64,000 bases of DNA, from positions 16,554,001 to 16,618,000 of the forward strand of contig NC_083283.1 in NCBI RefSeq assembly GCF_963506605.1, in the 5' to 3' direction. The stretch's first letter is position 1; each line of letters starts with the position of its first letter. Of this stretch, positions 1 through 14,997 are shown piece by piece. Source of the DNA: Zootoca vivipara. Taxonomy: Eukaryota. The notes beneath the pieces are model-generated. The model saw nothing but the letters and a program-made list of their open reading frames with translations, had not been told where the DNA came from and ran no database searches. The translations under genes were made by a program, and so were the position numbers.

Positions 1-629
1 GAAGTGGTATCATTAGCAATGCCATATTTTTCACTGATGAAATAAGGCCGTGCTCTCAGTCGGCTGTGGGAAATAGAAAGTAGCATAAGTGGATTTTAGT
101 TTTATGTTTACCCTGTGTGGGAATTACGTTGAGTAATGTGTATATTGTTAATGGCGTATAGGCTCTTTTACAAGAACTGGAATGAGACAAACGAAGTGGA
201 ATCACACACACACACACTATTTGTAGTTAACATTTATAATTTATTTATAATATTTATAATTATAATTTATAATTAAAGCAGTGAAATCCTTGCAAAAAGC
301 AGCTAGTGAGATCAGCAGAGATAATTTTGTGTCAAAATAGAAGATTGAAATTTGGAGTTCAGAATCCAGTCATTAGAAGGGCAGAAACGCTAAAGTTCAA
401 AAAGTTAAAGCTGTTACTGGGTTTTTTTTGGGGGGGGGGGGAGTGGTGGCATTTTGCACACCTCATCCATCACTGTAGGGTAAATTGTAATGAAAATCAG
501 CGGTCCCTATTAAGCACAATTGAACCTGACCTCATTATGGGCAGTGTGGTTTTTTATGCTATCAATTGTTGCCAGCCTAGAGACAAGACTCCTGTGTTGA
601 TTTGTCCAAACTCCACACAGATCATGTGA

Positions 630-851
<222 letters not shown>

Positions 852-1140
852 TAGGCTAAAGGAGGGCAGCTGCGGTTAATTTCCTAACTGCATTCCCCCC
901 CCCACCCCTTTTCTTCTTCCCAATGTGGGCCACTCTGGGATCAGATGTGATTCATTATGGAACATGCTGATACACCACAGAGACGCGTCTGTGCTGGAGA
1001 TTACCAATGAGGCATTAATTATTTTGATACAAAATAAAGAATAAAAGTGGGGGTGTTTCCTCCTCCTCCCACCCAAGAAGTTCACAGAAATATGTTGCAA
1101 CAGAACTTGTCAAGATACCCTCCTCATATTGATCACAAAG

Positions 1141-1312
1141 GGGGAAGCTTGTAGCTCAGTGGCAGAGTAGATGCTTTGAAGGAAGAAAGTTTCAGTCCCT
1201 AGTATCTCCAGGTAGGGTGGGAAGATACCCCTGTCGGAAAGCAGCTGCCGGTCATTGTAGACATCATTGAGCTGAATGAATGGTCTGATGGATAAAAAGC
1301 AGAAATATGTCC
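1141..1312 (+). mobile_element. Degenerate tRNA-derived SINE
   Basis: gtagctcagtggcagag box-A head; body similar to the 8393-8595 copy. Confidence 0.7.
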
Positions 1313-1391
1313 CTTGTTAACACCTAGCTCCAGCTTAGTAACTCAGCTTCAGGGCAATATTTTTGTTCCCAACAATGTATGATCAAGGGAC

Positions 1392-1392
<1 letters not shown>

Positions 1393-1440
<48 letters not shown>

Positions 1441-1772
1441 TTATTATTTATACCCCGCCCATCTGGCCGGGTTCCCCCAGCCACTCTGGGCGGCTTCCAA
1501 CAAAATATTAAAATACAGAAATCCATCAAACATTAAAAGCTTCCCCTAAACAGGGCTGCCTTCAGATGCCTTCTAAAGGTCTGGTAATTGTTATTCTCGT
1601 TGACCTCTGGTGGGAGGGCATTCCACAGGGTGGGTGCCACTACCGAGAAGGCCCTCTGCCTGGTTCCCTGTAACTTGGCTTCTCGTAGCGAGGGAACCGG
1701 CAGAAGGCCCTCGGCGCTGGACCTCAATGTCCGGGTAGAACGATGGGGGAGGAGAGGCTCCTTCAGGTATAC
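1393..1772 (-). mobile_element. L2-clade LINE 3' fragment with (AAT)n tail
   Basis: Minus-strand ORF2 C-terminus RQRAFSVVAPTLWNALP...FRRHLKAALF, 3' UTR and (AAT)n at 1393-1440. Confidence 0.9.
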
Positions 1773-2751
1773 TGTCCTGTTCCAATGAGCATAGCTTGGT
1801 TTATGCCAACCTGCTCCACCCTTCCCTTTTTATTTGTTGGTGCACTGCAGGACTTCCTGGCTTAATTAACCATAGTTTCCCATTACATCTGAACTGGTAA
1901 ACCATAGTTACCAGAAACTCAACAAGCCAGGATCTTAAGCCCAATTAGAAATGTGGTTTAAGACCTTGGCTTGTTCCAATTCTGGTAACACATTTTGAAC
2001 CACTTTGAGGTTTTCTTCTTACCATCAAGCAGTATATAAATGTTGCAAAATAAAGAAAAATAGACATAAGAGAAAGCTATGGTTAAACAACCCATTGAAC
2101 TGTGTTGTGCCTAGAAGGGAACAAGGCTTGTGCATATATTTGCTTAACAAGCCAGTGTATGTACATCCAAAGCAGGGCATTGAATATTGACCATACCAGA
2201 TATTAGCCAGATTTCAATGGCCCATATAAGAGCATTCATCTAATAAATAAATAAAATTATTGGGTGGCGTTCACCTAACCAGCCCCACCAGCGGAAGTGC
2301 TGTGTAAGGACTTCTGCTTGCACGATAGGACTTCCCCCCACATCCCCCTATATCTGCTGAAATTGGCTTATAGGGAAGAACCCCAGAACAGCACAGGGGA
2401 TGGGGGGGCAAGCGGGTTATTCCATCTGGCAAGCTGCAATACTTTCACAGGCAGGACAATTGGAAGAATGCAATGTTGACTTCCCCCAATTATATGAGAG
2501 TTTTAATCCTGACTTTTAGTGTGAAATAGTTTGTTGTAGTTTATTTAACAACATAATCACACAGATGGCAAATTCAATCTAAATGTAATTTCATCTGGCG
2601 CCTTTTTATTCTATTTAATTTTTGATCCACTGTTTATGTCTTGTCTTGGAAAATTGCTGTACTGCCTCTTTTGCATCTTTTGACCCCTCCCCCCTTTCTT
2701 AGAAGTGATGGAAGACATTATTAGTTTTGTGAGATTGTGTGTGTAATGTGT

Positions 2752-2796
2752 AGAAAGAAAGAAAGAAAGAAGAAAGAAAGAAAGAAAGAAAGAAAG
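2752..2796. repeat. (GAAA)n microsatellite
   Basis: Read directly from the sequence. Confidence 0.95.
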
Positions 2797-4917
2797 ATAC
2801 ATTATAGCTACAATTTTTAGATATTTTTAATTAAAAGGGTATCATAAAACATGCAAAGTAATCCTAATAATGTATGCTGGCAACATTGCTAATTGGTTAT
2901 AAGTTGTAAAACCTTTATTTAATTAGCACACAACTAAGATAACACCATCTTTAGTAGCAGTATTGGAGCATCGTAGTGAGATGTTATTTGATGTACACTG
3001 ACATTAATGAGTTTAATTTAACTGCCCAATCAAAGCTCATAGATATAATTAACCCTGCTAGGCTGTGACAAACAGAAACACACTGAAATAAATGTAGATA
3101 TTTAGCGGATTGGTTCCCACCGACCCCCTCCCATTTTTACAAAGCTATTTAAACACAGGAAATTTCGGACTCCTGAGTAACACAGTTTGAAGTAAATTAC
3201 GGTAGTATATAAACTGGCAAATATGGATAGAGCTCACTTTCAAAAATAGCTTGCAAATTAATTCACACCCTAATATTGCTATATTCTATCCCCCACCCCA
3301 TTATAGCAACTGCCTCTTTATGTAGTGAAAAGTATATGGGCACGGGCTTCTCATTGCCCTAGTGCAAAGCGATGGTCAGCTTTTGCTACCAAATTGCCTC
3401 TCTACGGTGTCTCATAGAACACAATAGAAGCCCTTTAGAACTGAACTGGCATTAAAAGTAAAAGCAGCAATTGACAGAAATTGAGATCAGTGGTGTGTAT
3501 CTGGCATGTATTTCCACAGTGGATTTATTCCCCTCGTCCAATCCATATCCATAATACAGTCCTAAGTTCCATTTCTTGGTGGTACTAGAAAGCATAGGAA
3601 CCAGTGGGTAGTTGAGTATGTATGTATGTATGAATGTATGAATGTTTGTATGTTCCCTTTCTTCCATGACATAACTGAATATATGAGATGATATTATCAG
3701 TGAACAGGAGTGATGAGCGGAGTGATGAGCAAGCCAAGGGAGAATCCATCCTCTCCATTCTGGCATGTGTTACACTAGCGTATAGCAAAGAGTACAAGTT
3801 TTAAAAGGCAGAAATATTCATGCAGAGATGTTATTTAATGTAACAATAGATATATGTAAGGCATTTTAGACTATCCCAGTAAAAGAGAATTGAGTGTTCA
3901 ACTTACTTGCCTGAACTTTGGGACCTTATATCATAATCATAATATTTCCTCTTGGCTTATTGAGGAGCTTACACTTCCTAGAACAGAATCATAGAGTGGG
4001 AACTTCAACCACTACTGTTCTTACGAACTAAAGGTTTCCACTTCTTATTAGACACCGAAATCATGGTGAATATTTATTCAAAATTAGATTTTTAATAGAA
4101 TAAAGCTTGAGAGGCAATCACCGACACAACTTGTTTGACTTCGAAAAAGAGGCTAGAAAGTTGTGGGGTGAAGGAGCCAGGTCAAGCAAGCAGACACCTC
4201 TGTAAAGGTGCAGGTGCTGTTAAGGAAGTTGGCTTGTTTTGCATGCTGTCTAGTCTAATGTTGGTTTAAAAATGGTGATATGCATAATTCATGAGTCACA
4301 ATCATAGTCACTTAAAACATTGATCTTCAACAAGGGGTCGTGATATCCAAGTAACTTAAGGTGGGAAGAGAAAATAGGGAGGGAGGCAGAGGAAGTTATC
4401 CTGGTCCAATAAACCATGGTTTTTCAGTCCAGCAACAAGCTGTGTGCCTCCTTCCCTCCCTCTCTGTCTCACATGTTTGGTTTCAACAAATCTGTCTTGG
4501 TTTCTTACCAACTGGGGTATCAAACCAAGATCAGATTTAAGATCTTGTAGTTTAGACGATCCTCAGTCAATATGGTCATTATTAGGTTTTTTGTGCATTC
4601 AGGGGACTCTTGAAAGTAACATAAAAAGGTGTTAGGGTGGGGAGATTTGATACTGGCTAAAGCACTTTGATACCAGCCAAACCATTTAAAGGGGGCGTTG
4701 ACACATTTTTTAATTATATAAAATTAAGGAGCCGGTTTCCAGTGCTTGCTTTGACCTTCTGTCCTCTTGATTTGAGGAAGCCATTTCTTTAAACTGTTTC
4801 CCTGCAATGGCTTGATGTGGTTCAGCAACTATAACTGGGGATTTGCACAAGCAGTTCTGCAAAGCTTTGCTTAGCAATGCTCTTTTTATTTATGATGTTA
4901 TTGTGTTTTATATGCAG

Positions 4918-5982
<1,065 letters not shown>

Positions 5983-7547
5983 AGATAAATAAAATAAAAT
6001 AAAACCTTAGCACTTAGCACAATTAAAACAGAAATAGGTTTCCTTGATGGGAATTCAATAGCTTGTAATGTCTTATTAAGCACTTCATATAGCAAGCATG
6101 CCTTATCCAGTATACAATCCTTCGTTCTTTTCTCTTCCCTCCTTTTCCTTCCTCTCTAGACAAAAAAAAAAAGTTACCAAGAAGGAAAAGCAAAATGGAT
6201 GGCAGATGGAATTGGGGGTTAAGGGATATTCACTCGGGACCCGTCCACCAAAACTATACAGAAGACACTATATCAGGGCAAGTCTCTTCCGGGGGGGGGG
6301 GGGACGGACCCTAATCAGACAACTAATGCTTTTCGTTCTTGTAGCTGCCTAGAATGCAAAGATGTATAATGCAGGTGTACAGTAACATATGCACACTGTA
6401 TAGCAAAAATGGACTTGTTAAATAAACTGATGTCCAGAAATCTAGTAGTATTTTTTTTTCCTCATTTGGGTTCACTTTGGCCTTATTAGAGCATCTGACA
6501 GCATCCACCATTTCTGCAATCTGGAGATAGTAGTTTTCTCCAGGCGTCACTCATGCTAAAGCAGCCGGTAGCTACTATTTTGATGGCTATCGGCTTGCAG
6601 TCTACATCAGTACTCCCCAATCTATCAAGGTCTAGTGCAATAGTAGATCGAATAGGTACCTGCAGACCCAGGAACAATCATCAGGAGCATTCAAAATCAC
6701 GAAAGCCTTCTTCCCTTGCAATCTGAAAACTTTTTTTAAAATGAAAAAAAATATGTATCTCAGGAAAGGTTAAAGTTAAATGACGCTGGTGTCAGGAAAA
6801 AGAAAAAGAAAACCTATATATTTGTAGTCCAGACCTTCTCCTTTCCAGTCTGAAAGATGCGAGAAGGCCCTTTAAAATAGGTATTGTGCTGCTGTTCATT
6901 AATTTCCAGCGCAGTACAGGCCCCAGGGTTGCAAACTACATCTCAGGGGTTTCTGAGTAACGTGCTTTGGCCAAAATACAGGTTTTGGAGTAACGTTCTG
7001 TAGAAAATTGCTCTGCCTGGCGACTTATCTCTTTTATGGAAGCTTCTTTGCCAATTTGATGTGCATAGTATTAATGTTTTGCATTAGCTATTCTTTCTAA
7101 ATTTCGCTTCAGGGTTGAGTGCATGACTCACTTTCCCCAAAGCCCTTTGGTTATTTATATGTAGCGGTCAATCTCTTCACTAGACTTAATGCCAGCTTTT
7201 GCTCGTGTCTGCCTTCATGGCTGTTTTCGTTTTTAATACTTTAAAAAGAAAAAGAGAGGGGAGGCTTTTTGTAAAACTAGCCCATGAAGGGAAAGCTCCT
7301 CAGCGTAACTGCTCAGGGAAATAGGTCTAAATAACTCAATATCCAATCATTGGTTCAAGGTGCTGTTAGCTAAGCCTCCTTAGATGCTACAAGGATCTGC
7401 AAAGGACAGACTTCAATTCATTTGCACGATATCGGCCCAGCCAGTAGTTTTGATTGTTGTTGTTTTTACGAAGGGATATACAAAGAGATATTACAAGCTA
7501 CTGGATGCACTGTCAGATTAACTTATTTCATTTAAGAAGTTGGGAGA

Positions 7548-7687
7548 NNNNNNNNNNNNNNNNNNNNNNNNNNNNNNNNNNNNNNNNNNNNNNNNNNNNN
7601 NNNNNNNNNNNNNNNNNNNNNNNNNNNNNNNNNNNNNNNNNNNNNNNNNNNNNNNNNNNNNNNNNNNNNNNNNNNNNNNNNNNNNNN
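7548..7687. other. 140-N gap in the 3' UTR
   Basis: N run. Confidence 1.
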
Positions 7688-8392
7688 TGGCTCAGCCTCG
7701 CTCTGTTTACATTTGCAAATGTAGCAAACAAGGTAATGAAGCAAATTTCTATTGCAGTAGGTCTCTTTTATTTGTGCGTGTGTGTGTGCATTAAAAATTG
7801 TAAACAGTAACATGAAATGAATGGACTTTGTTGATATTAATGATTTGCTGGGGGAGAAGAAGATGAAAAAGAAGAAGAAAAGGGCAAGAAGGAAATGCGA
7901 GAATATTTTTACGCCTACTTAGGAGGAAGCGAAAGGGTAGCACGATTCATTCCAAGTACTTTTTTTGTATTCTTAAGCTCTTAACTCACATTGTTATGCT
8001 TAAAATGATAAACATATATCCTCTTTTTATTGCTTTGTCTATGTTTCAGATGAAACATTTCAGAGATTATGTCGAGAGGTGCCATACGACTCCTTGGCAC
8101 TGAAGGTTTTTATTGCATTCTGTAGTCGCATTGCACTCCCGTTTTTACCATATTACACAGCCGCTTCATTGTTTGGTTTTTTGTGTTCTTTTGTTGTTGT
8201 TGTTGCATTGGGGCTTTACTTCTTTATTTCGCATTGCAGGCTCTTTAGTCTCTCGAGGTTATGGAGTACAACTGGTTCCTGAATGTTGCTGCGAATGAAG
8301 TTTTAAACCGTCTTGTTGTATATCCAGTTTCCTGTCCCTCCCCTGTTTTGTTTTCTCAATTGTTCTATGAATTTGTTTCTAGGGGGTGGGGA

Positions 8393-8595
8393 AGGGCGTA
8401 GCTCGGTGGTAGAGCATCTGCTTTGCATTCGGGAAGCCTCCTCTCCCCCGGGTTCAATCCTGGGCATCTCCTGGCAGGGCTGGGAGAGGTACCCCAGCCT
8501 GAGACCTTGGAGAGCCACTGCTTACCAGTGAGTAAACAGTACTGAGCTAGATGGACCAATGGTCTGACTCGGTATAAGGCAGCTTCCTATGATCC
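8393..8595 (+). mobile_element. tRNA-derived SINE in the TRPS1 3' UTR region
   Basis: Box A (tagctcggtggtagagc), box B (ggttcaatcc), tail ...ggtataaggcagcttcctatg. Confidence 0.85.
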
Positions 8596-9309
8596 CATCA
8601 AGGCTAGATTACCCCAGTTCAGAAAGGTATGTTAAAGGGCCATCTTCTGCTCCCACTTACATGCTGCCTATCACAAATGTTCATGTAATTCAAACTAACT
8701 TTTAATAAGAGTCAGACGCGTCATTCTCTGATGAGCATTTAAAATAAACCTAGCCGGAGCTGGGAGAAGGGAGAGAGGACCTTGAGGTTAGGGTCATTTT
8801 CTGACTAGTGGTTCTTTTGGTACAGGGCTCAGATTTGGAAGTGTCCCTTAATGAAATCTGCAAGCCACCCCCAATTTTAGCTAAACCATGTCTCCGCTTC
8901 CAAGTCTTCTGAAACCAGTAACACTGGCTGCATTCCTAAACACACCTACTAGGGAGTAAAAGTCTCAACATAACTTTACTGTTGCACAGGATCACTCCAC
9001 ACACAGGACCCTCCTGAAAGGTGTAGGGATCCACGCTGGAATCAAGCATGGTTTTGGCAAAGGATAACATGTTTTCAGGGGTGAAAACAGATGACCACTT
9101 GCCAGGTGGTAACTTATCCATGGTGTGTAATGTAACCATGTTGCAACTTGGTCACCTGTAGTCCAGAGAGGCGTTTTATCACGTATCCTTTTTAAGCTTT
9201 ATGAAGACAACGGATTAAAAATTACTTGGCTAATTTGACAGGATAATATAGGCAACTATTTAAACCTCCAGCTGGACCAGCTTACCATGCATGTCGTGGT
9301 CAGTTATTG

Positions 9310-9444
9310 CAGTGTTTCCCAACCTTGTGCCTCCAGATGTTTTGAGACTACAATTCCCATCATCCCTAGCTAGCAAGACCAGTGGTCAGGAATGATGGGA
9401 ATTGTAGTCCGAAAACAGCTGGAGGCACAAGGTTGGGAAACACT
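9310..9444. mobile_element. Palindromic hAT(Charlie)-type MITE
   Basis: Termini cagtgtttcccaacc / ggttgggaaacact with ~55-bp complementary arms. Confidence 0.85.
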
Positions 9445-12400
9445 TGAGATATTGTATGCACCCAACACTGATATTGAAAGCAAAATGTGGGAAATGTCAC
9501 CCTGCGTGAGAAGCACTCCCATACCTGACCACCACAGGTCTTGCTGACCTTGGCAGTGTTACAGAAGCTGCATTTCTTACGGGCAACTTGTTATTGAATC
9601 ATTCCTCCCAAGCCTGCTGTTTGGCAGCAAAGGGGCATATCCTTAGAACTTCAGCTATGCGCAAGCCTTCGCCAAGCCTAAAGAAGCCCCGCAGACTCAT
9701 AGGGCAATCCCTCAGGGTGCATGGATAGTAGGCTGCATTTGGCTTGGCAGGTCACACATTCTGCAGGCCTAACTGACCACTACCAAGAAGGGGGTTTGCT
9801 CTTAGCTCAAGGATGTGTCGAGCAACTGCTTGCTCATCCTCTTGGTTAAGGGAGGCTGTTAAGCCATATCCCCAGAAAGGGATCATGAAAATGAATGTTT
9901 GCGGAATACTGGAAAGTTGCAGTAGGTGGGAGTGCCAATGCCACTATATTTTCATCAACCTCGTGTAATATGATCTGCCCTGCTTCAGCGCTTTTAAAGC
10001 AGTTGTCCTCCAACAACGTTTAGGTCAATGGCAGGAGCTGAAAGACACAATCCATTTTCTAGCGACACAGTGTTCCATTAAAAACATCCATTGTGTCAAA
10101 TTTTCGGGACAAATGCCAAAAATTAACTGCGTTGAGATTTAACTAGTTAATATCAGCAGGTTTGTTTTGGTTTTTAAAGTTTCTCCACTGCTGGAAGATA
10201 TCCCTTTCCAGGACTCTAAGAAGAAGGAGTTTTGTGTATTAGGGCTCATCTTTAATCTGCATCCTACCCTCCTTTTCCACCACCATGCTTTGCAGCACAG
10301 CTGGTGGGATATGCCCCCCCCTCCTTGAATGTTCAGCTTTTTTTAAAAAAAAAAGTCCTTAGTCCTTTTCCTTGTGGAGCTATAAGGAAGAGGATACAGG
10401 CAAAATTCAACCCAGTTACTCCCAGTGCTAGAAATTGAGATATGAAAGCTAGGAGCTAAATGGGTTATGGTTATGGGTGCAACAACAGAATGTCTAGGAA
10501 CGCTTTTTTATAGCAAGAATACAAAGTGTGCAGCTAAAATATCATGCTCATTTTTTGCATGGCCTAGTCCTTCACCTGCCCACCCCCTAGTAGTCTTAAG
10601 AGGGTCTCTTCTCCAGTCTTCAGAGAGTAGCTGGAAGTGGGGAGGCAGAAAAAGGTCCTCCTTTCCTTCCACTCTGCAGTTTTAATCTAAAATCTTAGGC
10701 ACAGTACTGTGTGCTGAGCCCAGAGCTCAGAAACTGCTTGCACTAATGAAATTCCCTGTTGCAAAATGTGCCTAGAACAATGGGAGTTTTGAACACTGGT
10801 TACGCCCTAGTGTAACTTCCACCTCCCAGTGTCATAACCAAAGGCGCTGACATTATTGACAAGCACTACACCTTTTTTAAAAAACGTTGCAAAATTAGCA
10901 TGTATTGCATTACTATTTAATACGATTAAATAACTGTTCATGTATTGGGCTACCTGATACCACCTGCCCTGTCAGGTTAGGCCCCGCTCGTTGCCATTTG
11001 TAGGCCTGAGCTATTCCAGAAGGGAAACAGTTTGAGTCTACAAGCCTGGGCGAGGCAGGTGTGGTCTGTGGGCTTTACATTGCCGACCCCAGGTCTAGAT
11101 CACTAGAGTTTTACTCGGAGAAATATTATTGCTGTGCAGCTTAGCTTCCTTCTAAAACAGCCTTTACCAACTTGGTGCCTTTGGAGTTTTGAAGTGCAGC
11201 TCTCATCATCCCCAGCCAGGTTGGCAAAGGCTGATCTAAAACAAAGAAATACACCTGACAGTGTGGGGATTTACCGTAAAATTTAACCTAAGTTTTTGTT
11301 TGTTTTTGTTTTAAAAAACCCTTAAAAACCACCTTAAACTATTAAGCAGATTATCTCAGCCTGTTTAGATTGACAAGTTGCTTGTGGCTCAATGTAGTGA
11401 GATGTTCTCAAAATTATTTCTTTAGGAAAAGGGTGGGTGGAAGTACCACTGACACTTTCATCTTCGTTGACCTCATATAATACGATCTTCCCTACTTCAG
11501 TTTACAACTCTTCCACCACGATCCTGTGAGTCTCATTGAGTTCAACGGGGCTTGCTTCTGGATAAGTGCACCCTCTCAGTGTCATCCTATACCTGTCTAC
11601 TCAGAAGTAAACCTGATTGAATTCAATGAGACTTACTCCCAGGTAAATGTGCATAGGTCTGCAGCCTTAAGAACATATCTTGGCACACTCGCCCTTCCCA
11701 GAATGTCAGAAGATACACACGGGGCTACAGTTTGAATGTTCCATCATGTTAAACAAAACAAAAAAAAGCTTGTGATATGCAGAAAACAAGCAGATCAGGA
11801 AAATGGATTTTAGTTCAGCCTTACTTTCTGAGATCCTTCCCGCCCCCCGCTAAATGATTGGGAACATTCAAACATGCACCACTTCTGCCACAATTCTCAG
11901 AAGGTCCAGACCCAAATCACGGCTACCATATGATTCTTCTCTGCTATAGGGTACTAGGAGGGTTCAGTCAACCTCCCCAACTGCTGAAAGAATCAGTGGG
12001 GTTAGCCCTCCCCACAGCACATCTACTAGCTGTAACCCTACAGTCTGTGTTTGGCCAACGTGTAAAGGAGCTCTATGGATGTCCAAGTGTAGAACTTCTT
12101 CCCACAAGGGCTGAACGGGGCAGTGGCGAGGGTGTCGCCACAAGGACAGAGCTAACCTGTGTGATCTCATCACATCCCCCATAGGTTCTTTCTAAAATAC
12201 CTGGATGTATCCAGTTCTGGATTCTTGTAGTGCAAGGTTCCTTTTCAGTCTTTGTAGCCCAAGACATTGTGGTGCTTCGGGCAGAAAATCCAAGTGACCG
12301 CTTGTCTTTACCACTAGCTGAGATGAAACGCTATCCACCGGGGTGCTCTACTGCACAAGCCTTATTGAAATGAGTGGGAGATTGGGAGTTGTGCAAGAAC

Positions 12401-12970
12401 AGTACGTACTTAACTTTTTTTCAACAGGGAAGCAGCAGACCTTCCATTAGATTGGGGTTAAATCTCTCCCTCAGTCTTCAACCCTTAAGTGCATCTAAAA
12501 TTCATCACCGTTGGTTACTGTTTCATTTTATTTCATGCTAGGGCAGCCTCTGTACTTTTTCCAAACATGTTTTTCCTCCTTTCCCAGAGAGGGAATAAAA
12601 TACAGCGCCTCAAAAATACCATTTTCACATAAGGGCGAGGAAAAAATGAAAGTCTTGCCTACAGAATCATAGAATCGAGGATCATCTAGTCCCCCTCACT
12701 GCAATGCAGGAATTACAGCTAAATAATGATGTGGCGTTCCCAAAAGAACCCTTTAAATGCATAGCTCTGGATTGACTCTAGGATGCTCATGGTTATTCTG
12801 TCTGTTACGATACAAGGGGTATTCATTTTTGTTTTCTCTATTTGTGCTTTCCATTCCCCAGTTTTCATAATGCATGTTCATTTCTACTCACAATCATGTT
12901 CCTGGTGTATTTCTTATGCAAAACAATTCTTCAGGCAGCAAAAAGATGTCTGTTACATCTAAACTTGAAT

Positions 12971-12976
12971 AATAAA
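12971..12976 (+). terminator. Candidate distal polyadenylation signal of TRPS1
   Basis: AATAAA in ...ctaaacttgaatAATAAAgttttaccaccagtt, with a T-rich tract ~40 nt downstream. Confidence 0.55.
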
Positions 12977-13092
12977 GTTTTACCACCAGTTATAAAAAAA
13001 AGCAAAGTTTGGAGTCTTTTTTTTGGGGGGGGGGGGTTGCCAATACCAGGATAATGTAGAGAAGGCAAGAGAAAACTAGCACTTAACCTGTA

Positions 13093-13457
13093 AAGGTCAA
13101 GGACTCCTACATGGTTAAGTCCAGTCAAAGGCAACTAATGGGGTTGCTTTCAGGCCAAGGGAGCTGGCATTTGTCCACAGACAGCTTTCCGGGTCATGCG
13201 GCCAGCATGACTAAACCGCTATTGGCACAACGGAACACTCTGACGGAAGCCAGAGCGCACGGAAACACCGTTTACCTTCCCGCCACAGCGGTACCTATTG
13301 ATCTACTTGCACTTGCATGCTTTTAAACTGCTAGTTTGTCAAGAGCTGGGACAGAGCAACGGAAGCTCACTCCATCGCAGGGGTTCAAACTGCCAAGCTT
13401 CCAATCGGCAAGCCCAAGAGGCTCAGTGGTTTAGACCACAGCACCCACTCGTGTCCC
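13093..13457 (-). mobile_element. Sauria SINE (older subtype)
   Basis: Reverse-complement head gggacacgagtgggtgctgtggtctaaaccactgagcc; TSD ttaacctgta at 13083-13092 and 13458-13467. Confidence 0.9.
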
Positions 13458-13487
13458 TTAACCTGTACTAGACACACACACACCAAT

Positions 13488-13578
13488 CATAGCTGCCAAG
13501 TTATCCCTTTTTTTAAAGGGATTTTCCATTATGCTGAATCGGCTTTCTCGTGAGAAAAGGGAAAACTTGCCAGCTATG
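13488..13578. mobile_element. ~90-bp hAT-type MITE (CATAGCTG TIR family)
   Basis: TIR catagctgccaagtt / aacttgccagctatg; 8-bp TSD acaccaat. Confidence 0.9.
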
Positions 13579-14434
13579 ACACCAATTGGTTCATGTGGCA
13601 GCAGAGTTTATAGAAGGGATATCTCTATCCTCTGGCTCCCATCATACCTGACCATTGGCAATGTTGGCTGGGTCTGAAGGGAATTAAAGTTCAGCAAAAT
13701 CTGGATGGGGTGAAAGGACGGTGTTCTCCAAGAAAATGTTTCCCCACTGGTTTGCAATAAGAACGTTGTCCTTGCTTTGCACCAAATCCTTGAAGTTCCC
13801 TTCTATAATTTCTTTTTTCTTTCTTTTTCGTATTATTATTGAGTCCTGTTTGGGACTCAGGGCGGCGCACACAGATAAAATGGAAAGGCAATAATTAAAA
13901 AACACTAAGATGATTAAAATAGTATTTAAAAATCCATTAAACACAGATAACAATGAACACATCACAACACCAGCCCTTTCCTCAAAAGTCAGTTCCTAAA
14001 GGCCTGTCAGAATAGAAAGGTATTTACCGACCAGCGGAAGAACAAGTAGGCAGCCAGTCTAAACTTTGGTAGGTAGCGAATTCCAAAGTTTGGGAGCAGC
14101 CATGGAGAAGTTCCTTTCCAGCATCCCCACCAAGCATGCAGGACAGGGAGAAAACTCCTTCCCCAGCTGCTCTTTGGTTCAGTTTCCATCCTGGTCCTCC
14201 TCAAAGGTGTTTGTGGTGGAGTAAACCAGGAACAGGGACTCGGTTGGATATTTTTGGAGACCCATCTCCCTGAAGCCCCAGCCAACATGACCAACAGTCA
14301 TTGATGATGGATACCATTGTCCTAACATCATCTAGAGGGTCACAAATTTCCTTCCCTCTGATATACAATGTCGACCACCACCATTTTATCTTCACAGCAG
14401 CCTGGTCTGATAGGTCTGTCTAAGAAACAGGCTG

Positions 14435-14742
14435 ATCGCTGAACTTCTTCAGCCCGGACACTGAAATCCAGCGCCGAGGGCCTTCTGGCGGTTCCCTCAC
14501 TGCAAGACGTGAGGTTACAGAGAACCAGGCAGAGGGTCTTCTCGGTAGTGGAGCCTGCCCTGTGGAACGCCCTCCCATCAGATGTAAAGGCAATAAGCAA
14601 CTATCTTACTTTTAAAAGACATCTGAAGGCAGTCCTGTTTAGGGAAGTTTTTAATATTTAATGCTCTATTGCGTTTTTAATGTTCAGTTGGGAGCCGCCC
14701 AGAGTGGCTGGGGAAACAGCCAGATGGGTGGGGTATAAATAA

Positions 14743-14797
<55 letters not shown>
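14435..14797 (+). mobile_element. L2 LINE 3' fragment with (TTA)n tail
   Basis: Same family as 1393-1772, in the opposite orientation. Confidence 0.9.
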
Positions 14798-14799
<2 letters not shown>

Positions 14800-14863
14800 G
14801 CTGAACAGGGTCTGAACTAGTCTGAACCAGTGCTCTGCCCTGCCCACATTGGCTCATTTATTT

Positions 14864-14997
14864 AAAATAAAAAAATTCCTTCAGTAACACACGAAAGCTC
14901 ATACCAAAATATAAACTTAGTTGGTCTTTAAGGTGCTACTGAAGGAATTTTTTTATTTTGCTTCGACACAGACCAACACGGCTACCTACCTGTAACT
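14864..14997 (+). mobile_element. Short Penelope-like pLTR insertion with an inverted 5' arm
   Basis: cacacgaaagctcatacc...ggctacctacctgtaact is shared with the 51.2-kb PLE; 14864-14886 is an inverted copy; 14-bp TSD ctcatttatttaaa (14853-14866, 14996-15009). Confidence 0.85.

Larger units (their letters stand above)
5983..12995 (+). other. TRPS1: Probable long TRPS1 3' UTR
   Basis: AT-rich, TE-poor blocks after the stop codon; AATAAA at 12971-12976 followed by a U-rich element; TE density rises after 13 kb. The end point is inferred. Confidence 0.6.

Noticed and set aside
7454-7813. ORFs spanning N runs (also ~33.0 kb and ~55.4 kb)
   Set aside because: Open only because N codons contain no stops
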